Assembly: GCA_963823665.1 (NCBI GenBank)
Contig: CAWGMQ010000004.1
Location: 2,016,001-2,080,000, forward strand
Direction of reading: 5' to 3'
Length of the DNA stretch: 64,000 nucleotides
Source: an uncultured Planctomycetota bacterium
Lineage (GTDB): Bacteria > Planctomycetota > Planctomycetia > Isosphaerales > Isosphaeraceae
The translations under genes were made by a program, and so were the position numbers. The notes below the pieces were generated by a model, which did not search any database, was not told the origin of the DNA, and was given only the letters and a program-made list of their open reading frames with translations. This document shows, one piece after another, positions 9,162 to 19,633 of the stretch. The number at the start of each line of letters is the position of its first letter. Position 1 is the first letter of the stretch.

Positions 9162-10712
9162 ATGCTCGGCAGTCGTGAAGAGGAAAACCGGACGTTGTCA
9201 CCACATGATCCCAAGCCCGAGGTGCAGCCTCGGCCCACCTTTCGACACACGCGGTCCATATTCCTGCGCGGGCTCGGGCTTACCTACTTCGCCGCCTTTA
9301 GCTCGATGGCGGCACAGGTTGACGGGCTCATTGGCTCGCACGGAATCCTGCCGGTCGCCCAGTTCTTCGAGCAAGCAAGCCTCACACTTAGCCCGCGGCT
9401 GAAAGCCTACTGGCTTTTTCCTAGCGCGCTCTGGCTCAATGCGTCCGATCACGCCCTTCATGCGCTTTGCTGGGGCGGCATGTTTTGTGGCGCCATGCTT
9501 TTCCTCGGAATCATGCCGGGGCTGTGCACGGTATTGCTCTGGCTCGCCTATCTCTCGATCACGGTGGCCGGCCAGGTTTTTCTTGGTTATCAATGGGACG
9601 GCCTCCTGCTCGAGACGGGCCTGCTGGCGATTCTCATGGTACCGTGGAAGCTCCGGCTGAATCGCGCCACTGACGAACCTTGGTCGTTCACAATCTGGCT
9701 GGTGCGCTGGCTCGTTTTTCGCTTGATGTTCATGTCGGGCGTCGCCAAGCTGATGAGCAAGGATCCTACATGGTGGGGCTTCACTGCGCTCGATTTTCAC
9801 TATGAAACACAGCCTTTGCCGACTTGGACAAGCTGGTATGTCCACCAGATGCCTCGGTGGTTTCACCAGGGCTCGATTGGTTTCATGTTCTACGCCGAGC
9901 TCATTGCGCCGTTCCTCTTGCTCGGCACAAAATGGATGCGTCTTACGGGTTTCGCCAGTATGGTCCTTTTGCAGCTCTTGATCGCGGCAACCGGAAATTA
10001 TGGCTTTTTCAACGTGCTTTCGATCGTGCTCTGCGTGACCATCCTGGATGACCAGGATTGGGATCCCCTGATCGGCGCCGCGCGTCGCCTTTGCCCGCCG
10101 TTCGACAGTTCGCGCGGTGCCGAGACGAATCCGAGCGCCCTCCCCAGGCAATGGTCGCTCGCCCGTCGAGTCGTCGTGGGCACCGCTGGTGCCGTCTTGA
10201 TCGGTGTGACCTCCCAGCGGCTGCTGGAGCGACTCTGGCCGGGAACTGACGCTCCATTTCCATTACCGTGGCTGGCTGACCGGCTTGAGCCCTTACGGAG
10301 CACCAACTCCTATGGCCTGTTCGCCGTGATGACGATCGAACGCCGTGAGATTACCATCGAAGGCAGCAACGACGGCGTGAGCTGGAAACCGTACCATTTC
10401 CGCTGGAAGCCGGACGAGCCGGATCGATCGCCAGGGTTCATGACCCCGCACATGCCTCGGCTGGACTGGCAACTCTGGTTCGCCGCCCTCTATCACGACT
10501 GTCGTGCACAACCGTGGTTTCTCAAATTCGAGCAGCGTCTCCTCTCGGGTTCGCCCGAGGTGCTGTCACTCCTGCGCGAAAACCCGTTTCCCGGCCAACC
10601 CCCGCGATTTGTACGAGCGCGATTGTATCGTTATACGTTCACGCGACTTGGTTCGCCGCAGTGGTGGGATCGAGAAGAACAGGGGCTATACTGCCCGCCA
10701 ATGGAAAAATAG
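9162..10712 (+). CDS. Lipase maturation factor family membrane protein
   Basis: FLGYQWDGLLLETG, WLVFRLMF, HYETQPLP, TGNYGFFN, YGLFAVMT, PHMPRLDWQLWF. Confidence 0.9.
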   Translation: MLGSREEENRTLSPHDPKPEVQPRPTFRHTRSIFLRGLGLTYFAAFSSMAAQVDGLIGSHGILPVAQFFEQASLTLSPRLKAYWLFPSALWLNASDHALHALCWGGMFCGAMLFLGIMPGLCTVLLWLAYLSITVAGQVFLGYQWDGLLLETGLLAILMVPWKLRLNRATDEPWSFTIWLVRWLVFRLMFMSGVAKLMSKDPTWWGFTALDFHYETQPLPTWTSWYVHQMPRWFHQGSIGFMFYAELIAPFLLLGTKWMRLTGFASMVLLQLLIAATGNYGFFNVLSIVLCVTILDDQDWDPLIGAARRLCPPFDSSRGAETNPSALPRQWSLARRVVVGTAGAVLIGVTSQRLLERLWPGTDAPFPLPWLADRLEPLRSTNSYGLFAVMTIERREITIEGSNDGVSWKPYHFRWKPDEPDRSPGFMTPHMPRLDWQLWFAALYHDCRAQPWFLKFEQRLLSGSPEVLSLLRENPFPGQPPRFVRARLYRYTFTRLGSPQWWDREEQGLYCPPMEK

Positions 10713-10776
10713 TTGCGTTTTTTGTTGGTGAGCTCCGCGTAAACGGGCTCAAACGACCGCATTTAACCAGCATCCG

Positions 10777-12948
10777 TTACCCCGTGATTCCCCGCGGCGC
10801 CAGAGGGAGCGAGCGTAGTCGAACACCGGTCGCGCGGAAGATCGCATTGCCGATTGCCGGCGCAATCGCAACGATTGGAGTTTCGCCCGCCCCGGCCGAC
10901 GGCAGGTCTTTCCGATCGAGTAAGACGACTTCGATCGCCGGTGTGTCGCGAAATCGTGGGACCCGATAACGAGAAAACCGCGCGTTCGTGATCCGGCTGT
11001 CTTCGAACTCGATGGCTTCGAAGAGCGCGCCCCCCAATCCCATGACCATGGCGCCTTCGACCTGGTTCTTGAGATGGTCGGGGTTGACGATCGCACCACA
11101 CTCGAAAGCGCTCGTTGCGCGGATCACCTGCACGCGGCCGTTTGACGGGTCGACGGCAACCTCCACGCACGTGGCGATGTAGCCCCCCTTGTCGGATCCG
11201 ACGGCTATTCCATTCCCATGCCCGGCCTCGCACTTCTTTCCCCAGTCGAAGGCCTTGGCCGCAGCCTCGAGCACGGCGCGAAGCCGCGGGTTCTTGAGGT
11301 TTTTCAGCCGAAACTCGAGCGGATCGATCCCGGCGGCATTTGCAAGCTCGTCCATGTGCGACTCGCGTGCAAAGTGGTTGGCCGTGGCGGCAAGTGCTCG
11401 ATAAGATCCCTGGCGAAGAGGAAACTCGACCGCATGGAATTCAGATTGCTGGCTGGGGATGGCATACGGCGAGTCGACGGCGGCACGACCCGAATTGTAG
11501 TTGTGGAATTCCCAGGCCGAAAGCATTCCGTCGCGCCGAACGCCGCTCTTGACCTCGATCACACCGGCCGGGCGGAAGTAGGCCCATGTAAACTCTTCCT
11601 CCCGCGTCCACACGAGCCTGACCGGCTTGCCGGCTCCCCGGGCCAGGCGAGCCGCCTCGACGGCCGCCTCACCGGTGTGCTTGCCCCCGTATCCGGCGCC
11701 CGTGTCGGGCACGATCACTCGCACCGCCTCGGCGGAAAGCCCGAACGCGCGCGTGAGCTCGTCGCGCACGCCGAACGGACGCTGAGACCCAGTCCATACC
11801 GTCAGCTTTCCATCTTCCCACCGGGCGACGGCCGCACGCGGCTCGAGCGGCGCATGGGCGATGTAGGCAATCGTATAAGTCTGCTCCAGGCGGATATCCG
11901 CGGATTCCCGGCCATTCACGGCCGCGCCGCTCTTCCCCTCGCCATCGCTGTCACGAGCGCCCCTCGCCCGGCGACCCCGCGACTTGAAGTTGTCGTAGAG
12001 GTCCTTCCCGGAGAGCGGCGGACCGGGTTTCCACTCGGCTTTGATCGCAGCCAGCGCACGCGACGCCGCCAGACTGCTCGGCGCCACAACTCCGACAAAA
12101 TCCCCATCGTGCACCACGGCCACGCCCGGCAGCAACCTGGCGCCACTCAGATCGACCGACGACAGCGTCGCACCTAACGACAGCGGCCGCAGCACTTTCC
12201 CGAACATCATTCCCGGCAGCTTGACGTCCGACGCGTATTGATGGCCTCCCGTCACAAACGACCGGCCGTCGACTTTCGGCTGTGAGGCTCCCGCGATCGT
12301 CCAGCTTGCAGGCGCGGTCGGCACTGTCTGGTCGCTGACGGCTTTGGTGAGCTTCTGGCCTTTGGTCAGCTTTCCAAACTCGAGCTTCTGCCCGGTGCCG
12401 GAATGGACGATGCTGCCGCTTGCCGCTTTGAGCAACGTGCGATCCGTCTTCCACGTGTCGGCCGCCAGGTCGATCAACATCTCGCGCGCCGCAGCAGCCG
12501 TGCGCCTCAAACGCTGCGACATATCCGGTGTGGTGCGGCTACCGAAAGTGCCCGCGTCGAATGGCGTCAACTGCGTGTCGGCCATCACCATGTGAATCGA
12601 TTGTGGCGCAGCGTGAAGTTCGTCGGCAACGACTTGCGTTAGTGACGTGCGGATGTTCTGACCGACCTCGGCCTTTCCCGTGTAGACGCTGATCGTGCCA
12701 TCTTCGCTGATGTGAAGCCAAGCGGCGATGTCCCTCGGAGCCTGGCCTCCTCCTCCTCCGCGGCGGCGCCCACCCGGCTGCTGCTCGGCGTGCGCCGTGT
12801 TCATTAGATGGAGGACTAGAATACCTCCACCCAGCGTCTTCAAGAATCCACGGCGGTCCAGGTCAAACCGGTACCCACGATCCTCGAAAAACTCGTACCG
12901 CTCGGGTTCGACTTCGAGTTCGATGGCCGCATTCCATGTCTCGTTCAT
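10777..12948 (-). CDS. iorB: Xanthine dehydrogenase-family molybdopterin subunit (isoquinoline 1-oxidoreductase beta-like) with Tat signal
   Basis: DRRGFLK twin-arginine motif, GKAEVGQNIRT, AHAPLEP, GAGYGGK, GAGETP; ATGA overlap with the 2Fe-2S subunit. Confidence 0.85.
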   Translation of the reverse strand: MNETWNAAIELEVEPERYEFFEDRGYRFDLDRRGFLKTLGGGILVLHLMNTAHAEQQPGGRRRGGGGGQAPRDIAAWLHISEDGTISVYTGKAEVGQNIRTSLTQVVADELHAAPQSIHMVMADTQLTPFDAGTFGSRTTPDMSQRLRRTAAAAREMLIDLAADTWKTDRTLLKAASGSIVHSGTGQKLEFGKLTKGQKLTKAVSDQTVPTAPASWTIAGASQPKVDGRSFVTGGHQYASDVKLPGMMFGKVLRPLSLGATLSSVDLSGARLLPGVAVVHDGDFVGVVAPSSLAASRALAAIKAEWKPGPPLSGKDLYDNFKSRGRRARGARDSDGEGKSGAAVNGRESADIRLEQTYTIAYIAHAPLEPRAAVARWEDGKLTVWTGSQRPFGVRDELTRAFGLSAEAVRVIVPDTGAGYGGKHTGEAAVEAARLARGAGKPVRLVWTREEEFTWAYFRPAGVIEVKSGVRRDGMLSAWEFHNYNSGRAAVDSPYAIPSQQSEFHAVEFPLRQGSYRALAATANHFARESHMDELANAAGIDPLEFRLKNLKNPRLRAVLEAAAKAFDWGKKCEAGHGNGIAVGSDKGGYIATCVEVAVDPSNGRVQVIRATSAFECGAIVNPDHLKNQVEGAMVMGLGGALFEAIEFEDSRITNARFSRYRVPRFRDTPAIEVVLLDRKDLPSAGAGETPIVAIAPAIGNAIFRATGVRLRSLPLAPRGITG

Positions 12949-13424
12949 CGGCGCGCCTCCTTCAACGTTTTGGCTGCACCGGAGACGGCCGCGAGGATCC
13001 GCGGATAAATTCCGCAACGGCAGATATTGCCGTTCATGTACTCTACGATCTCCTCACGCGTGGGATTGGGGTTCTTGCCCAGCAGAGCGACTCCCGACAT
13101 GATCATTCCGCAAGTGCAATAGCCGCACTGCATGGCACCTGTGTCGAGGAATGCTTCTTGAAGCGGATGCAACTTGCCGTCTCGTTCAAGACCCTCGATC
13201 GTGGTGATCTCTCCGGAGGTAACCGTTTTGAGCGCCGTCACACAAGACCGAACCGGCGCCCCGTCGACCAGCACAGTGCACGCACCGCACCGGCCTTCAC
13301 CGCATCCGTATTTCGCGCCCGAGAGACCAAGATCCTCACGGAGGAGATCGAGCAACGATCGCTCCTCTTCTGCATCAACGTTGACTTGACTTCCATTGAT
13401 TCGGAGCTTCTTGACGTTGGGCAT
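12945..13424 (-). CDS. iorA: (2Fe-2S)-binding small subunit (IorA/CoxS-like)
   Basis: GCGEGRCGACTV, QCGYCTCG, GNICRCG. Confidence 0.9.
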   Translation of the reverse strand: MPNVKKLRINGSQVNVDAEEERSLLDLLREDLGLSGAKYGCGEGRCGACTVLVDGAPVRSCVTALKTVTSGEITTIEGLERDGKLHPLQEAFLDTGAMQCGYCTCGMIMSGVALLGKNPNPTREEIVEYMNGNICRCGIYPRILAAVSGAAKTLKEARR

Positions 13425-13477
13425 GAGGTTGCTCCTCGAGGTTCAGAACCCGCACACCTTGTTCGACCAGAACGGAG

Positions 13478-14503
13478 TCACGGCTTCAGGGCCAGGATCG
13501 CATCGAGCGGCGAGGGCGTTGTTGATCCGTGCACCGGCGAGAAGCCGACTTGCTCGAGCAGACGCCGATACTCGGAAAGTGTGCGTTCCTTGCCTTCGGT
13601 GTAGAGTAACATGCCCAGGTTCTGCATGTGAGCCCATCGTGGTCCGGTGCGGTCTTCCGAGATCATCTTCTCGGCGATGAGCAATCCGCCCCCGGCGGGT
13701 AACCGCTCGAAGATGCGCTGCAACAATGTGATAACTTTCGCTTCAGTCCAGTCGTGGAGAATTCGCCCCACGCTGAAAAGGTCTCCCTCGGGGAGCCGGT
13801 CGACGAAGAAATCCCCCGAGATGAGCTCGATCCGGCCCGCAACATCCGAACCAGCGACGATCTCTCGGGCCAGCGGCCCGGCTTCTGGCAGGTCGAATAC
13901 TGTGGCTCGCAGGCCGGGATATCGCTCGCACGCGGCAATCGCGAGATGTCCGGTTGCCCCGCCGAGGTCGATCAATCGGCTGAAACGGCTCAAATCAAAC
14001 GCGGCAACCACCTGCGGCGAGCTGATCAGGCCATACCCATGCATGGCCATCAGAAATTCCCGCATCGCCTCTTCCGTGCGAAAGAAGTTCGAGAAAATCG
14101 GACCGTCCCAGCCAAAGGTCTGTTGCCAGCGATTGGTCCCTTCGCGGACTGCATCCTCCAGGTTGCCCCACAGCTTCCAGAGAATGGCGTTTGAGTAGCT
14201 GATATAACCGGTTAACCGAAACGGGCTCTCCTTGCAAAGGTAGGCGCCGGCAGCAGCGGTGTTTTCGTACTGTCCTGCCGACCGCTTGAGCAATTGCAGT
14301 ACCACGCAGGCATCGAGCAGGCGTTCGAGCGCATCGAGATTGAGCTTGAGTTCCTCTGCCAGAGTGGACAACGACTTGGGACCCGCTGCAAGCACGTCGA
14401 AGATGCCCAGCGACACCGCAGCGAACATCGTTTTCGAGCGTCGGAATGATTCGAGTAAATCGAGAACCACACCGGGATCGGCCTTCGATTCGTCGCTCGC
14501 CAT
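13478..14503 (-). CDS. SAM-dependent O-methyltransferase with dimerisation domain (ASMT/CrtF-like)
   Basis: AVSLGIFD N-domain, IDLGGATG, VFDLP, GDFF, RILHDW. Confidence 0.85.
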   Translation of the reverse strand: MASDESKADPGVVLDLLESFRRSKTMFAAVSLGIFDVLAAGPKSLSTLAEELKLNLDALERLLDACVVLQLLKRSAGQYENTAAAGAYLCKESPFRLTGYISYSNAILWKLWGNLEDAVREGTNRWQQTFGWDGPIFSNFFRTEEAMREFLMAMHGYGLISSPQVVAAFDLSRFSRLIDLGGATGHLAIAACERYPGLRATVFDLPEAGPLAREIVAGSDVAGRIELISGDFFVDRLPEGDLFSVGRILHDWTEAKVITLLQRIFERLPAGGGLLIAEKMISEDRTGPRWAHMQNLGMLLYTEGKERTLSEYRRLLEQVGFSPVHGSTTPSPLDAILALKP

Positions 14504-14619
14504 GCTGCTTGTTTCCTATTGCTGGCGCTGCTCCTTGGCCGTAGACCCGTGCATTCCCGCGCGCACAAACATGGTGGTCGACGAACTGACGAGCAGGGCC
14601 GCCGCCTCGGGCCTTTCGC

Positions 14620-15102
14620 TCAGACCAGGCTCGCGACGATGTCGTCAGCCAGGCGTTCCAGGACTTCACGCGTGAGCTGGCACGCAGCGGGCCGACGCTG
14701 TCGCGTCGTCTCGTCAAACGCGAACCGCTGCATGCGCAGCATTCCCTGGCGAAAGAGCCTCATTTCATAATACCCGCGCTCGGCATGCCGCGCGGTCGGG
14801 TTTTGGCTGCGAAGCTGCACCTCGCCCCCTCCCGCATCGACTTCGAGAACCTTGAGCGGCTCCATGAGGTAAGTTACCCGGCCGGAGAGCCGCGTACCCC
14901 ACTCATTGAGGGCCTCCGACGACCACTCGGAGCGGCCGGATGTCGTGAACTCGAGGGACGAAAATGCCAGCCCGACGGCATCGAGCGCCGTCAGGTGCAA
15001 AGTTACACGGTGCGGGCCGTCGTCGACGGAAACTGTGCAGGGCATGACGTATGCCCTGGTGTTTTCGTCAAGCGCGGCGGCGATCTTTTTGCTCAGACTC
15101 AT
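14620..15102 (-). CDS. Hypothetical protein overlapping the spoVR 3' end
   Basis: 160 aa from ATG 15102 with GGAGG upstream; globular-looking sequence (RVTYLMEPLKVLEVD, QLTREVLERL). Confidence 0.65.
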   Translation of the reverse strand: MSLSKKIAAALDENTRAYVMPCTVSVDDGPHRVTLHLTALDAVGLAFSSLEFTTSGRSEWSSEALNEWGTRLSGRVTYLMEPLKVLEVDAGGGEVQLRSQNPTARHAERGYYEMRLFRQGMLRMQRFAFDETTRQRRPAACQLTREVLERLADDIVASLV

Positions 15103-16636
15103 GGGAAGAACCTCCCAATGGGCGGATCGAGTGATCGGTTCCATCAAAAGACAACAGGGTAGAACGCCCGTCGACGCTGGTCTCCAGGTGCACAGGGCGG
15201 CTCCAGAGCCGGTGCAAATGGCGCAGCGTGTCCTGAGCGTGGTCAATCCTCAGGTCCACGCCGAAGTACTCGTGAAGCAAGTAGAGCTCACCGCGGTTGC
15301 GGTGGTTCGCATCCTTCACCCGGATGATCGGCTGCCCGAAGTTGGTCAAATTGAAGAGCAATCGCTCCTTGATCTTCTTGAATTCGCGGCTTTCGATTTC
15401 GTACATCTCGGACTGGTCGTTGTGCCGGTAGCTGAAGAGCTGGTAGCGACGGCAGAAATCCACCGTCAAGAACGTATCGATAAACGTCACGTCGTTGTGA
15501 ATGCGCCTGACCTCGAATATCTTCTGGCGGCCCAGGCCGAGCTGCCTGTCCCACTTCCGCCGGGCGTCCAGATTATCGCATTCATCCCACTCCGAGCCGA
15601 ACTGCCCCTTGTTCCACCGCTCCTCGATGTCGCGCAAAAGCTCGATTCCCAGCTTGTAAGGATTCAAGCGGCCCGGCTGCGTGGCCATGGTGCCCGAGTG
15701 GTGGTCGGCGTAGTCGACCAGCTCGGAAGGAGCAAGCGTGCGCTGGGTCATGATCGTTGAGTGCCAGTAAGAAGCCCAGCCTTCATTCATGATCTTGGTC
15801 TGGCCTTGCGGCGCGAAGTAGTAAGCCTCCTCGCGTATGATCGCCAGCACGTCGTGCTGCCACGCCTTGAGCGGCGCGTGCTCGAGCAGGAAGAGCAAGA
15901 CATCACGCTCTGGCTGCTCCGGCAGCGAGTTCGGCTTGGCTTTCTCCTTTTCCAGCTCACTCTCCCGCTTGCGCGCTTCTTCCTTCAAGACCGCGGGTGG
16001 ATTGACGAACGAATCCATGTAGTCCTTGCTCTGAAACCTGGTCGGCTCGGGCCCCTTGTCGTTTTCCGCGACGAAGTCGTAGCGATTGATCTCCTCGCGA
16101 CGCTTGATCAACGGCGAATAAATGTCGATCAAGTTCTCGAGCGAGAGGCAGCTATCGATGAAGTTCTCAACCGTTTCCTCACCCTGCCGCTCCATATGAG
16201 TGCGGATGCGCGAACCGTGGTTGGCCATCTCGTCCATCATCTTGCGGTTCGTTTGACTGAACCAGATGTTGTTCTTGAAGAAGTCGTTATGCCCATAGAC
16301 GTGAGCCATCACCAGCTTCTGATCGACTAACTGATTGCAGCGCAGAAGATAGGCGTAGCACGGGTCGTTATTGATGACCATCTCATAGATCTTTTGCAGC
16401 CCGTAGCGATAGCCCTTGGCGAGATGCTGATACTCCATGCCGAACCGCCAGTGCGGGTAGCGCGTCGGGAATCCGCCCAGGGCGGCGATTTCGGAAAGCT
16501 CGTCGTAGTCGAGCACCTCGAAGATCGTGTCGTAGAAATCCAGTCCATAGGCGCGCGCATGGGCTTCCGTCTCGAGCTGGATCGCACGCAAGTCATCAGG
16601 GAGGTTGTGAACGTTGACCGTCGACATGAACTTCAT
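15068..16636 (-). CDS. spoVR: SpoVR family protein
   Basis: GFPTRYPHWRFG, KIYEMVINNDPCYAYL, AHVYGHNDFFKNN, QTKIMNEGWASYWH, NPYKLG. Confidence 0.92.
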   Translation of the reverse strand: MKFMSTVNVHNLPDDLRAIQLETEAHARAYGLDFYDTIFEVLDYDELSEIAALGGFPTRYPHWRFGMEYQHLAKGYRYGLQKIYEMVINNDPCYAYLLRCNQLVDQKLVMAHVYGHNDFFKNNIWFSQTNRKMMDEMANHGSRIRTHMERQGEETVENFIDSCLSLENLIDIYSPLIKRREEINRYDFVAENDKGPEPTRFQSKDYMDSFVNPPAVLKEEARKRESELEKEKAKPNSLPEQPERDVLLFLLEHAPLKAWQHDVLAIIREEAYYFAPQGQTKIMNEGWASYWHSTIMTQRTLAPSELVDYADHHSGTMATQPGRLNPYKLGIELLRDIEERWNKGQFGSEWDECDNLDARRKWDRQLGLGRQKIFEVRRIHNDVTFIDTFLTVDFCRRYQLFSYRHNDQSEMYEIESREFKKIKERLLFNLTNFGQPIIRVKDANHRNRGELYLLHEYFGVDLRIDHAQDTLRHLHRLWSRPVHLETSVDGRSTLLSFDGTDHSIRPLGGSSHESEQKDRRRA

Positions 16637-16710
16637 CCCGCTGGAATAGGGAACTCGCGGTTTCTCACTAGTTCGTACGATCTCAAGAGCAACGTTGTTG
16701 GATTCCGATC

Positions 16711-17406
16711 TCAGCGTTTCTTCTTGTTCTGGCCCCGGACGCGCGGCTTGAGCGTTCGCCGAACCCAATATCTTAAGTCCTTGATCCAGTCCGTGTCCGA
16801 GACGGCCTGTGGCTGGCTAACCCATTCGAACACCTCGGATCCGGCCAGGAACGGGAATGCGGCGCTGGAAGCAGATTTGGCATAACTCCCATTCGACTGA
16901 AGGACCAGGATCACGAGCCGGGTTTCGTCACAGACCCAGAACTCAGGCACCTTCAATCTGCGGTACACCTCAACAGCGGCATCAGCCTCATGGAGGTAGA
17001 CGGCCTCGATCGCCAGGTCGGGAGGCGGATCGATCTTCAGCTGGATCTTGTCCTTGCCCCGGACGCGCTCCGCGTTCTCCGGGTAGTACGTATGGTCTCC
17101 TTCAACTCCGCCACGTTTTGCCCGGCGGCGAAGCGTTGTCGAACCTGCCATCATGCAGGGGATTTCCAGTCCGACCACAACCTCCGTGACGAATTGCCCG
17201 AGTCGATTTTTCAACCGCTCACGCGGAAACGATGGCGACATCAGCCACACTGTCCCATCGAGATAGACGATTTTGGGCACGGCACGTTCGCCACGAAGCC
17301 GCAAGAGCGTGGAATAATCCTTCCATGCCAGAGCACGAAGGGCCACGCACTGGTCCTGGCCCGTCTCAATCGTTTCGATCGTCGCTGTCGCCATGCTTAA
17401 TGACAC
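16711..17406 (-). CDS. Uma2 (DUF820) family endonuclease
   Basis: GSTTLRR, VEGDHTYY, DPPPDLAIE, YRRLKVPEFW. Confidence 0.85.
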   Translation of the reverse strand: MSLSMATATIETIETGQDQCVALRALAWKDYSTLLRLRGERAVPKIVYLDGTVWLMSPSFPRERLKNRLGQFVTEVVVGLEIPCMMAGSTTLRRRAKRGGVEGDHTYYPENAERVRGKDKIQLKIDPPPDLAIEAVYLHEADAAVEVYRRLKVPEFWVCDETRLVILVLQSNGSYAKSASSAAFPFLAGSEVFEWVSQPQAVSDTDWIKDLRYWVRRTLKPRVRGQNKKKR

Positions 17407-17438
17407 TCAGTCTCGCCCTCGCGAGAGCTTACGGTTGA

Positions 17439-18073
17439 TCAGGAAAGTATGTCACGAACCTTCAGACGTGCCAGCTCGCGTCCTGCGAGGATGATGGGTA
17501 CTTCGTCTTCCTCACCATACACTTTGCTGACCTGATACGCGGCGGTTTTCGCGCGCCCGAGGGCTCCGTATAAACCTCGATCTGGCGCAGGGGTAAGTTC
17601 ACGATCCAGTAAACGGGAATCTTGGATTCAGCATACTTCCGCCATTTGATTCCGCGATCCTTTGCATAGGATGTATCGGCCACTTCGACGAGCGCTGCCA
17701 GATCCGCCGCGTTGGGAGAAATCGATCGATAGCGCTCATGTGGACCCTGGGCGATCGCGACGTCGGGTTCCGGACGCGAAAAACGGCCAAGAACGACCGA
17801 TTTCTCCTCGCGAACCACCCAGTCCGGGCCGACGACCGCACGGCACGTGTCGGCGATTGTAGTCACCGCGAAATTGTGCGGCGGGTGCTTGGTCATCTTG
17901 TCGACCAGAATCCCTTCCAGAAGCTCGACGTGGTCTCCGTCGCGGAAAACGCCCGCATCGATCATCTTTCTGAATTGGCGGACAGATACGCGATAGGGGA
18001 CCACGCCCGACGCACGGGCTTGTCGTGCGATTGGAGACGGCGCGGTTTTTGTCACGGACGGGGTCGACATCAT
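17439..18073 (-). CDS. Uma2 family endonuclease (frameshift near 17550; corrected stop at 17439)
   Basis: VELLEG, PEPDVAI, LVEVADTSYAKDR, KYAESKIPVYWIVNL; shifted tail YGEEDEVPIILAG...VRDILS. Confidence 0.85.
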
Positions 18074-18194
18074 CGGGCCTCACCCTTGGACCGCTCTCGG
18101 AATTCAGAAAGCTCGCGTTTTTTCTTGTTCAACTCGATTGTCTTTTCAATTCAATCTCGCGATTCTCATCCATGGCCTCGCTTCCCGGAAAAGC

Positions 18195-19298
18195 TCATTT
18201 CCCCCGCCCCAGAAACTCCTTGATCGAATCGTAAATCCCTTCCTTGTTCCGGATTTCCGAAAGCGCCAGGTTCTCTTCCTCTTCAAAGGCCTCTTCGAGC
18301 TCGCGGTAGAATTCGCCTGAGCCATACGGGCTCTCGACCTGGCCGTAGCAGAACAGGTTACACTTCGGCAGAAGCTGATCGCGCAGGAGGTTGATGCAGT
18401 GGCGGTTGTCTTCGCCCCAGTTGTCGCCGTCGGAGAAGTGGAAGATATAGATATTCCAGTCCATCTGGGGATGCTGGTCGTCGATGATCTTGTTGGCCAG
18501 GTTGTAGGCAGAGCTGATGCGAGTGCCGCCGCTTTCGCGAGTGTGATAAAATGTGTGCTCATCCACCTCGCGAGCCACGGCGTCGTGAATGATGTACCGA
18601 GTGGTCACGCCGTCGTACTGGCTCTTGAGCCAGGCGTCGATCCAGAATGCCTCGGCCCGCACAATTTCCTTCTGGTCGTCGGTCATCGACCCGGAAACGT
18701 CCATCAGGTAAAAGACGACCGCGTTGAACTGAGGCAGCGAGATCGGGTTCCACGATCGATAAAGCTTGTCTTCGCGAATGGGGATCACCAGCGGATCGCG
18801 CGGATCGTATGAGCTGGAGGCAATCTGCCGCTTGAGCGCTTTCTTGTAGGTGCGTTTGAAGTGGCGCAGGCTCTCGGGCCCCGCCTGGCGAATTCCCGTG
18901 TAGCGGTCTTTCTCCTCGACGATGTTGGCCCGGCCCTTGGGCTCGATGCGCGGCAGCGCCAGTTCTTCAGCCATGATCTGGGCGAGCTCGTCCATCGTCA
19001 GCTCGACTTCCAGGATGTGCTGCCCGGGTGCGTCACCGGCCCCGCCGCCGGCCTCCCCTTCACCCGATCGTCCGATCGGCGTGCCCACATCCCCGGGCCC
19101 TTGACCCACGCCGCCACGATTCTTCGTCCCGTAGCGGAATTCAGGAATGTCGATCTGGGGCAGGGGAATCGAGACAAACTCTCCCCCCGTCTTGCCGATC
19201 AGCTCGCCGTGCGTGATGTACTTACGCAGGTCGGACTTGATCTTGCCCCGGACGATCTGCTTGAACCGATTCGCATCTCGATCAATTTTTCGAACCAC
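18195..19298 (-). CDS. yhbH: YhbH/YeaH (DUF444) vWA-like protein
   Basis: GTG start with [25 protein letters not shown] (MIDAS), [19 protein letters not shown]. Confidence 0.9.
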   Translation of the reverse strand: MVRKIDRDANRFKQIVRGKIKSDLRKYITHGELIGKTGGEFVSIPLPQIDIPEFRYGTKNRGGVGQGPGDVGTPIGRSGEGEAGGGAGDAPGQHILEVELTMDELAQIMAEELALPRIEPKGRANIVEEKDRYTGIRQAGPESLRHFKRTYKKALKRQIASSSYDPRDPLVIPIREDKLYRSWNPISLPQFNAVVFYLMDVSGSMTDDQKEIVRAEAFWIDAWLKSQYDGVTTRYIIHDAVAREVDEHTFYHTRESGGTRISSAYNLANKIIDDQHPQMDWNIYIFHFSDGDNWGEDNRHCINLLRDQLLPKCNLFCYGQVESPYGSGEFYRELEEAFEEEENLALSEIRNKEGIYDSIKEFLGRGK

Positions 19299-19633
19299 GG
19301 CTGGTTGGTCCTCGCCCCTGGGGTGTTGGGGCCTTGCCAGGTGTTTGCCCCGATTTCGACCACTGTCTGCACGGTCGCGCAGCACTTTGCGCTCCGGCCT
19401 CAGCGGTCCACCGAGCCGAAAAACAAAAGATCTTCAGGGGATCATTCGCGTGGAAAAGACGGGTAGGTGTGGGTCGAGGACGCTTCGGCTCGTTCTCTTT
19501 CCGGTCGCCAGTGCCAAAGACGCCGTGTATCCCCTAGCAAATTGTATTCCTGGAGCCCTTCGGTGTCCAAGCCAATTGGCAGGGACCTTTTGGTTTTCGA
19601 ACGGAATTTCGTCGTTTTCGAGCATCAAATCGC

